A stretch of 64,000 nt of DNA, taken from Chrysomallon squamiferum. Lineage: Eukaryota; Animalia; Mollusca. The position numbers and the translations under genes are program-made. A model generated the notes under the pieces. The model was given only the letters and a program-made list of their open reading frames with translations. It made no database searches and was not told the DNA's origin. The stretch covers positions 13,888,001-13,952,000 of the forward strand of contig CM022670.1 of NCBI GenBank assembly GCA_012295275.1, read 5' to 3'. This document shows, piece after piece, positions 50,439 to 61,749 of the stretch (position 1 is its first letter; each line of letters begins with the position of its first letter).

Positions 50439-51174
50439 TCACACAAGAGTTTCCTGCTCGTAAGTGTCCGCTCCTTTCTCGGCTGCTATCAGCTCCCACC
50501 TGTGCCAGCTTTCCCTCTGCCACTCCGCCGACCCCACCGTAGACTTCCCGTCCCTGCGAGCCTCGCCTGTCTGCAGGTTCAGCGGGCGGCTCTGGGAAGA
50601 GGAACGCCTCAGCGGGTTGGGCGAGCAGGAAGGCGAGTGACTCGCCCACTGGACGGAGCCCTCTGAGCCCGCGGGGCTGTTGGGAGAGGAAAGGTAACTG
50701 CTGATGCTGGAGCTGCTGTTGTCCCGCACGTAGCTCGGATGTGGAATGGTAAGACTGTGTGAGAAACCCTCGGAATACGGCCGATCGCGGTGCTGAGGAT
50801 CGCGCGACGGAGGAGGAGGAGGTCGCAAGTGCACTTCGGGGCTGGAGCTGTCTCGCACGCTGCTTTTCAACTTGGGCTTGCGGTAACTGAATGGACTCCG
50901 TGGAGGTTTCGGACTGGGAGTCCTTTCGATGGATATCACAGGATATCGCTTTTCACCACTAGACACTTTAGTCCTTTTTTTCTCGTCCTCGATCTGAATG
51001 GCCGGGAGGTGAGTTCTGAGGTCGGCACTTTTCGAGATGCGGATCGGCTGGTGGCTCATCTGCAGCCTGCGACACTGCGACACGAGGTCGGCCTCGCTGC
51101 ACGGGGACTGGGGCAGAGACGGCGAGTCGCTGTCATCAAACACGCTGCTGGAAGTGTCAGGATCAGGATCAATG
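50439..51174 (-). CDS. ARHGAP6: ARHGAP6 terminal exon, Ser/Pro-rich tail ending ETLV*
   Basis: ttcag acceptor at 51175-51176 (phase 2) and TGA at 50439-50441. Strongly GC/CpG-rich. Confidence 0.9.
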
Positions 51175-52599
51175 CTGAAAAATCAAATCAAAATTAAATA
51201 AAAACTATACTGTACTGTACTATAAATATATATCAACATATAAATAAATGAATGAATGAATGATTGAATGAATAAATAAATAAATGAAATTAAAATTAAT
51301 TAAATAATTGGTGAAATTTCCATATTTTCCATAGCATTATCCTTCTTCATTCTACTTCAGTTTTACATTTCAAATTCCGTTACTAAAATATGTTGTAAAC
51401 TTCTAACTGTTGGCCTCATGCTGTTCATTACAGCATTATAAACTATTTACTTACACACTCTCATTGGAAAGTCTTTTGAGGACTTTGTCTGCCATTTCTG
51501 GATTTGTTTCCATGAGCTTACGAATAACCTCATCATGCAACTCTGCAGTTATCTGAAATAAAAAAAAAAGTTAATCTCAGTTATCAGTAAGTTATGACAT
51601 CTGTGAGTGCTTTACAAGCTAAGGAGTTAACCTTAGTAAAAACAAAATGCTATTAATCCTAGTATCATTAGATACTGTGGAGTGAACCTTTAAGATGAAT
51701 ATTATCTGAAATAAAATAAATATTATTTGACATCAGAAAATTAAAAAGACCATTTGTAATTTATATATCTGTGTATGCCTCAGGTCTGCATATCAGTGAA
51801 GCCATTTAATATATATATATAAAATCTGTCAGTTATTATTTCATTTTTAAATTAAAATAAAATAATTTTATAAATCAAATAAATACAATGCACCCACTTT
51901 TAAATTTAAACCCACTAATTACTAAATTTTGCTATTTCAACATGTTTAACCCTTTATCTTCTCTACATTACATCAACAATAATTTACATTTTATCAATAA
52001 CAGTCTACATTACATCTATAATAGTTTACATTACATCTACAACAGTCTACATTACATCAACAACAGTCTACATTACATCAACAACAGTCTACATTACATC
52101 AGTGACAGTTTACATCAACACACATTTTACCCAGAGTTAAAAGGGTTAAAGACGCTAACCTCAAAGATTTCGTGATGGTTGTCGATCATGTCTTTGATAA
52201 CTTCAATCACCTCCTTGCTCTGCTCAGCCTGCTCCGTACACTCCACAAGAAACTCCTTCTCTGACACCTTCGCCTTGTGCAGAATGTTCGGGCCAAACAG
52301 TGTGGCCAGATTGTGACTGTCCATCTTGTTACCAGGCAACTGAACGGACATTTTAAAACAGTACAGTGATTTTAAAATGGTGATCGTCATGTTGTGTTTA
52401 CAACAAGGCAGATAAAAAGTTATGATGACTGTGACAGATATAATTATTTCTTAAAGAATGTAATTAAATAAATGAAACAATAATATTCTGCTTTAAAATA
52501 ATTTGTGTGTTTGTCTATCTGTGTGTGCATGTGTGCATACGCATATGTGTGTGTCTTTATGTATGTATGTATGTATGTATGTATATATTTATGTATGTA

Positions 52600-52653
<54 letters not shown>

Positions 52654-52685
52654 AGTGTGTGTGTATGTGCGTATGTATGTGTGTG

Positions 52686-52722
<37 letters not shown>

Positions 52723-55712
52723 ATGAGTGTGTGTGTATGTGCGTGTGTATGTGTGTGTATGTGTGTGTATATGTGTGTGTGTTTTTGTGTGTGTGTGTGT
52801 GTGTGTGAGTGTGTGTGTGTGTGTGTATGAGTGTGTGTGTATGAGTGTGTGTGTATGAGTGTGTGTGTGTGAAAGTATGGTTGTAATACTCACAATATTG
52901 CCATTAGATTCTGTGTAGTCAACGGAATGTTGCGCCACTTTGTGCAGAAATTTCACCAGAGCCCAAAACGTGTCTCGGCTTGGCAGAGGAAGCAGAGCAA
53001 CCAGCAGCCTCATTGCCATCAGCTGCCTCTGTCTGTCCTTGATTTCTAAAACAACAACATTATCAAATCTATACAAAACATGTCATGATTATATCTTCAG
53101 TAATATATGTAATAATGTCTTACTGGTTTTGTTCAAAAAAAATATATTACATATATAACAATATTTAAATGTTTCTTTACAAAATATATTACATATATAA
53201 CAATGTTTAAATGTTTCTTTACAAAATATATTACATATATAACAATATTTGATTATTTCTTTCAAGGAATAAAACAGCTTCATTTGCTGAACATTTGTTT
53301 TTAATATAGAGTCTGAATGTTTTTTTGTTTTTTTTTAAATAAAAAGTTATTTACAAAATTTTGTCAAATATGTGATATGTAGAATTATTTCTTCTCTAAT
53401 TTCTACAGTAGATATAAACAGTTCTTTGTACCTCATAAGTTTTTGAACTCTGCTTAAGAATTAAATAAATAAATATAATAAATAAGTAATGAAAGAAGAA
53501 AGAAACATGTATTAAAGAAATGAAGACTGCATAAAAAGAAAAACAAATTAAGGCTTGAACAAAAGATAGGAAAAAATAAACAAAATCAAATAACAAAAGA
53601 ATAAAAAAATCAGATAAAGAATAAATGAAAAAAAAAGAATACTGTAAAGGAATTAAAGTGTAAATATAAGAATAAAAGAAAAAATATTTCTAAATAATTT
53701 TAACTGAACCATATATAAAAAAATGTTTTTTGTTTTTTCGGTTTGTTTTAAAGAATTATGTTAACTTTGTACAAAGGTCAGCTTGACATATTCACCTACA
53801 CTTACTCCATTTAACAATGTTAAGAATCATGTAAGAAATTTAAATTCACATTTTCAAAAATTTATTATAATACTTTTCTCTTTTTATTGCTCTGCCTGTC
53901 AAAATGAATTGTTCACGACATGCTACACAGGTCACATGATGAGGTATTACTGCTTAGCACTATAAACTGTGCTGAAGACAAAACTAACAAGCGTGTTTTT
54001 AATTTCCTCACATATTTATTACCACCATTGTTTCTGGGCAGGTTATAAATAACTCTTAATTCAAGCTGTCTGGCTTGGTTGCAGAGTCTGAGACACCTAA
54101 GGGAGGCAACCCCATTAACAGCAGGTTATCAGAGTGCAAGGTACGGTGCGTGTGTATGATATTTATTAAGTATTGTTTCAGAATGTCTGGAATGTTTTTC
54201 TCTTGCAAGATAAAAAGAAAGAAATGAAGACTGTGTATATTGTCGATATGGAAACATGACTAAAAATAGCTTTACTCCTATCTTCCCCTCCAGCTCTCTG
54301 TCTTTCACCCCTTTCCCCTCCCCCTTTCTCTATCCCTCCCTCTATTCCCCTTTATCTCACATTGAAAAGGAATTAATGGTTTACATACAAAAAATTTTTA
54401 CATACACATGTTCAGAAAGAGATAAAAAGTGGATGGATGGACAGATGAACAGATAAACACACAGACATGCACACACTGATAGGTAGTTATGCAGGCAGAT
54501 AGGCAGGCAGGCAGAGAGGTGATAAACAGACTGTTTGAGCTTACTTCTTGTTGCTATGAAGGCCTGGTACAAATCCCGAGTGAGCAGGGGTTCGGGAAGA
54601 TCGCGAAAGTATTCTTTGAGAAGCGCTCCCACGTCGTGTGGCTGGTGACTCTCGTCCAGCGGAGACTCCTTCCCACTGTCAAACTCATCTCTCAGCTGCT
54701 TCACTCGCTTCTTAGCAGCACCCACTCGAAATATTCCTAGCACACGTAATCCTGAAATATCCATGTTCAAAGATGCAATGGATGATAGAAAAAACAATAA
54801 TGTATAGCTGTATTTTAGCAAAAATATTAATCTCTCTTTAACTCATTTATACTCTCTTTTCTGTTTGTTCTAATCAATGACATTCTCTCCTTCATCTCAC
54901 TATCTCATTCTACCTTTCCCTTCTCAATACTTTCTGTCCATTTCTTTTTTTATCTACATATGTACAAAGCTATATTTTTAAGAGTAACCAATAGAATAAT
55001 AGCTGTTGATTTTCTCTCTATTAAATCATCACTCTGTACAGAGACAGATCTTCAACAATATAGTCATTAAGACACTCAAATCCTTTTCCACATCCTCACT
55101 GTAAGATACAGATTCAACAGAATACTTTTTTTTATTTTTTAAAAACCCCCAAAATATAATTTAAAAAAAACCTCTTAAATTCTGTAAGTATTCAAAATCT
55201 TAAATTTCATTTTGTTCTTAAACTACAATAACTGACATGTTCTTCAACAACTCAGTTCTATGGAATGGTACATAAATGAGTGCTAGAAATATAAACAAAA
55301 GTTATAAAATTTATTTTAGCTGTGAGTACTCACCATAAGTCTCGAGGTGTCTAAAACACACCTGTACAACTTCTGGAACCTGAGGTTTGCCTGTGCCATA
55401 CATCATCTGACTGGCTCGCAGACTGCTGTGTCTCGAATCAGACATAGACAGAGACAGGGCGTCTATTAGACTAGAACTCGTGTTTCGACTACTTTCAGAC
55501 TCGGATAAAGAATCAGAACTAGCTGTTCTCTGTAAATTTAAATTAATAATTGAAAGAAAATAAAGTTAAATATTATTATATTACTAAATAGACAAATGAT
55601 TATTTGTTTCAATTTAAGGAATATACATGCACACAGATAAACATTTTTATTAAAGAATCATGTAGACAAGATTCTGTTTTCAAAATAAAATTGTTAAAAA
55701 AATGTTTCAACA

Positions 55713-55752
<40 letters not shown>

Positions 55753-55862
55753 TAACAATAATAACTAGAAGAAAAAAGTTAAAATTTAAAAACAAATAAT
55801 AATAAAAACATATTGCAATATATATCTATATATATCTATATCTATATCAATTGATCAGTTTA

Positions 55863-55899
<37 letters not shown>

Positions 55900-57397
55900 A
55901 AAATTAAGAGTTATTCAGTAAACACTTACTCTGTAAGCAGGGTTACTAGTGAGCATTCCTCCGTTATGGGGAGCATTGTCCATTGAACTCTGGGAAGAAC
56001 TGCTTGATTTTCTGTTTACAAAACAAACAGACAAGGTAAACAATAATGAAACAAAAAATGAAATTAAATAATGTTATGTCTTGAATTTACAAAAAGTGCA
56101 TGAAGGAAGGTGTGTGGGTTTGTATGTGTTTGTGTGTGTGGATGTTTATGTATATGTTTGTGAAGGTGTGTTTGATGTGTCAGTGTGTGCATGCAGGTGT
56201 TCTTGTGTGAACATGAATATGTGCAGTCTGTCTTTTAAAATTTCAGCACTCTCACCATAAGCAAATATTTTAAAATTACAGAACCTGTAATAAATCTGAA
56301 TTAATACTGTTAAGCAGTAAACAATTACATGATCTTGATGACATCAAGAAATGAGGGAGCTAATATTTTAAAATCATCACATGTATAACAGATTTGAATT
56401 AACGTTACTGAAGTGGTGTACGTACCTTGGTCAGAACTCACAGAGTCAGTGATTATTTTAAAATTAGTATATGTAAAGTGATATTTTGGAGAAGTGGAAC
56501 TTACCTTGGTCTTGGTGACATCAGGATGTCAGCACTCTCACTGCGAGCCTTCAGGGTGCTGGTGGAGGCACTGTGAGCTCTCTTCAACTTGTGGTCATTG
56601 CTGATGCACTTGGACAAAGGAATGCCAAACACAAGTCCAGTTTCTGTAGAACAAAAATATAGCAAACTTAAAAATATAACTGTTCACTATATATATATGT
56701 ATTATAAAGGTAGAAATGTGTACTGTTGAAGAAAATGTAAAACAAAAAAAAATTATATATGTTTAAAAATCAAACAAACAAAAATAACAAAATATTAAAA
56801 AAAAAAAAAAAAACAATCAAACAAAAAATAACAAAAAAGAGACACACAAAACAACGATTAATACAAAAAACCTATAAAGCTTTGGTAGTTAATTAACTGT
56901 CTTTTATTTATCTATTTTATTTATCTGACTTTCAAAGACTCAGTTACACAGTTTTTAATACACAATGAAATAAAAATACAACATCCATCCATCCATCCAT
57001 TCTCTGTCTATCTATATTAGCCACCATCATTCAGCTAATAAAATAATATTATTGCAATTATAATTTAACTCTTTGAGCCTGAATGGCTGAAATTTTAACC
57101 GTAACAAAAATGTTCATATGTTAGCAGTTAATACTTTTACCAACATGTGTTGTTATCATGTTGTTTTTATTAATAATGCCATGCTCGTTAGATATTCAGG
57201 CAATCAGCTTATAAAGACATTAAACCTGGGAAGCTTAGGGTATGGGGTACATGTTTGTGTGGGTGCTTGGGGTTCAAAGGGTTAAGACAAATAATCCAGA
57301 TATTTTTTTTGCATAATAAGCAAACAAATATATATAATAAGAGAAACATTCATACACACACAAAATAATAATAATAATAATGATGATGATGATGATG

Positions 57398-57433
<36 letters not shown>

Positions 57434-59737
57434 TTATGATGATGATGATGATGAAAATAATAATAACAACTATAACAATAATAATGACAGTTATAATAAT
57501 GGTGATGATAACATTAATAACAATAGTAACAGCAATAACAATACTAACACAATTAACAACAACAATAATAACAAAATTAAAACTTGACCACAGAACAAAT
57601 AAAACAACATAACCAAACACCTGTCGACAGTTATGTGATATAAATTATATAGTACAGTAGTTCATAAGTATATCAGCTGGTGCAGCATCTGTGCGTGCTA
57701 TAATACTAATCCATTCAGCTGTAAACCTCTGTTTTGCATCTCACTAATCTATGTGACACCTGCTTTACCAACTTACAAATCTCTCAGAGACGCTAATATA
57801 GAGCAATAGCATTTTAAACACAGTCACACATTAACTGTAATCAGGTTATTATTATATGTAATAAAAAAAAAATATTTGTTGCTTATTTATTTATTTATTT
57901 ATATTTATTTATTTGTTTGTTTGTTTTTATTTATTTATTTGATGTTAGTTTATTTCTTGTTTTTATTTTTTTTTGTTTTTTTTTGCTTGTTTACTTATTT
58001 ATTGTTTTTGTTGTTTTTTTTTTTTGTTTGATTCTGTATATGAAGTAATAAGTCATGCAAGTTATTATTTTTTTTACATGTTTATTGTTCTGTTTATTTT
58101 ATTTGTGATCTGGTTTATTTATTTATGAAATAACAGTGAAGCCACAGTTCAGAGTCAGAATTACTGGTTATTCACTAAATGTTGATAAATAACAACAACA
58201 TAAACAATAATTATAATCACGATCATACAAGTTAGGGGGTGAGAGGGAAATAGCAGCCCCCCTTCTCCAAACAGTGACAACAATTTGGGCAAAGCAAGAA
58301 AAAAACTGGTACCATACTTGTATTTACATCTGTGTAAAATTTCACATACTCATGATAATAAAGAGGTAGATTTGTCAGAAACAAATGTTGGTGTTTGCAC
58401 TGAAAACTACACCTCCCAAATTAACAAATATCTAACATTACTGAGCAATGATTCAAAATTACTGTGTGGTCTACTGGTGTCATTAAACAAATGAAAGGTT
58501 TTTTTTTTTTTTTTTTTTTCCCCTATGTCATTAGAGGAATATAGAGTTAAGATTTTTTTAGTGTAATTATACAGCCATACTGTAGCACGCTATGCTAGTG
58601 TACAAGTTACTGATACTTTGTTTAATGTTCTCACAAAGATTAATCTGTTTTTATCAATAAAACAGACAAAGTCCTAAAAGATGATCTGTGCAGGAGGATG
58701 ATGTTACTACAAACACTGCACAGGTAACAGTGATAGCCAGTTTGTCACCAGTGTGTTTACTTAGGTTATTAGTAATATGTTCTTCTGATTCTCAGTCACA
58801 GATACAGACACACATACATACATACTTATAAACACACACACACACACACATGCATGTATACAAACATGAGCATGTATATATTCATATAAACATGAGCATG
58901 CATACATACATACATACAAGTATATATACTTACATATCTATATATATATATAGATAGATAGAGAAATAGACAAATAAATAAGAAATGAACAAAAACACCC
59001 ATAAATAACGGAAACAAAAAAGAAAGAAAAAAAAGAAAGAAAGAAAGAATAAAGAAGAAAATTAAAATAAAATAATAAAATAAAGAAAGAACAAAAAGGA
59101 AACTAATTACAAAAAAAAAAAGAAACCAATAATAAGGAGGAAAAAAGAATAGAAACAAATAAAATTGATGAATATCTGAACAATCTGACAGCCACATGAC
59201 AGACACAGAAACAAACACAACATCTTTATTACTTCCATCCGAAACTGAAATTACTTTTATCGCCCTTTCTGACAGATTTGTTTACAAAATGGCGTGAATT
59301 AGACTCGTGTTTGCTGAAATATTACTCATCATCAAGAGTTACATTCAAGAATTCTGACAAGCTGTTATTATGACAGAGGATGATTAATCTCCTAAACCAA
59401 AAACATTTCATAATTCATATGTTTTTTTCTCATGCATATAATATGACAGGTGAAGTGGAACACCTTAACGAAGCACACCTACATCGTTATGCTGAGGATA
59501 ACGCTAATGATGGAGTTGAAACAAGATCAAGGAAAGTACGCAATGACTTCTCCCTGAGATGATTCCAGTTATTTACAAGGAATTCTGAGAATCCATAACC
59601 TTGTGTTAAATCAATTTAACATGTCAAAATATTTAATAATCTCTCACATCACCTGTAATCAACTAACAAATCCTTGTTGGGAGTACCTGTAAGTGTTACT
59701 TAAGACAGATGAACTAATTATTAGTAATATATAAGCA

Positions 59738-59781
<44 letters not shown>

Positions 59782-61718
59782 CTATCTACATATATACATA
59801 CATTCACATACATACATTACATACTTACACTCACACACACAAAAATACATTCATACAGATATACATACACATAGACACATAAGAAAAGTAAGTACAGCTT
59901 AGCCTGTATTTTGAGTGATTAATGAAAATGAAAATATTCCAAGAATTTGTAGATAAACAAACAAGTATGGCTAATCCCAAAAATCTGAGTAAGTAATAGA
60001 GAGAACATTCCATGAATGCATATACTAATTTTAATTTTCAAAGACATTACACTAGGTACCAGTTGTAAGTAACTAATTACTATCCCAACATTCCATGGGT
60101 GTGTACTAAACTTAATCTGCTTTCAAAGATGTTTAACTGAGTACCAAAGCAGTGCAACTAATTAATACACATTCCACAGATGTGCACTAATTTTAATTTT
60201 CAAAGCAGTTTCACTGGATACCATTCAGACACTCTTTAATCCATCCAGCCACTTTCTCATTCATTCAATCAGTCCTTCAATGAGGCAACTAATCTTTTAT
60301 TTGTCCAGTCAATCACTGAATACTAATCTGTGAAAAACACATTATCTGACGTTATCATGGTATAATCATGTTTTAAACCAATAATTTGATAAGCTACAAA
60401 TGTTTTTAACATGTTATTTTTTTTGTTTTTTTTTTGTGTGTCTCAGCTGTGATTGTAAAAGCTTAGTTAGTGACTCACATACACCATTATCTACCCTGTG
60501 TGTTGTTTCCTGCTATCAAGCTCAATCTGATGACTGCCATATTTAATGTCAAGAGACAGTAAACAATGACACAAACACTGAAATGGATCAGATAACCTAT
60601 CAGGTAATTCAGAGCAACACAAGCACATATGACTGAGTCAGTACATATGTTAATTATTATCATCATCATCATCATTTTTATTTTATTATTATATTTTTTT
60701 TTTTTTAAATAAATTAAATGTCTTTGAAAATGAAACTTTTATACCTGTCCATACCTTGAGAAGGATCAAGTTGTGCCTAATTTATTGTGCAAAGTTAATG
60801 ACAAGAAATACTTTAATAATCCTCTTTTCTTTCCTTTTTTAATGAAAAATAAACCATTTGTGCATTCATACATAAAATATACATAAACACATACAAACAT
60901 ATATATACAAAAACACATCCACATAAACATATGTTTATGTTTACACACACACACACACACACAGAGATCAGTGTGATCCATGATTTGAATATTTGTTTTA
61001 GTAAAATAACCTGAATTATTAACAATGCATGCTTCATATATATATAGCATCAACTATATATACATTCATACATATTATTATTTTTTTTAAAATACCCTGA
61101 CAGTTTGACAATTCAGTATTTCATGTGAGGAAGAACAAAAAGACACCAAATATCTATTAATAAAAAGTTAAATATATTGTTAAACAATTTTGGTCACACT
61201 AACCAAATAAATGTCACTTGTAACACAGTTATAATTTGTATGTAAATAACAAAATTTTATGAAAAAATTTAATTAAAATAACTATAAATTTGTTTATAAA
61301 ATAATTATAATAACAATTTTCAGTTATACTTTTACTTGCCAGTAATTCCTTTCAGTTTTTATTTTTATTTCCTCCTCCATGATGTGTATGTGCATGTCTG
61401 TGTGTTTGTGTATGTGCGTGTGTGTGTGTGTGTGTGTGTTTGTATGTGTATGTGTGTGTGTGTCTGTGTGTGTATCTGTGTGTGTGTGTGTGTGTTTTGG
61501 TGGATGGGTGGGTGGGTGTGTGTTTTAAAATCATTATTTAAACTGATACTGATATTAACATATCGACACACGTTGCAGTGGCATTAATGACAGTTATTTC
61601 ATTTCGTGACTATCATATCACATAAAACTCTGCACTGTAACCCACTTACATGTTTTATGATCACATTCAGGATGAATTTAAAATAAAACATGACTTTTAT
61701 TTTAAACAATTTAAAATT

Positions 61719-61749
<31 letters not shown>

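Noticed and set aside
50790-51197. 135-aa plus-strand ORF and 94-aa alternative-frame ORF (50365-50649) over the ARHGAP6 last exon
   Set aside because: These are expected shadow ORFs in GC-rich coding DNA, with non-ATG starts and no recognisable domain.
52444-52871. ORFs rich in HT, CV, ER, poly-I, poly-Y or poly-F throughout the ORF track
   Set aside because: They are translations of microsatellites and homopolymers, not genes.
59831-60013. Minus-strand ORF beginning MECSL-hydrophobic, like the ALG5 N-terminus (MECSLW...)
   Set aside because: The codons differ from ALG5, the similarity ends after 5 residues, and the ATG belongs to the 82-bp tandem repeat unit. Most likely coincidence.
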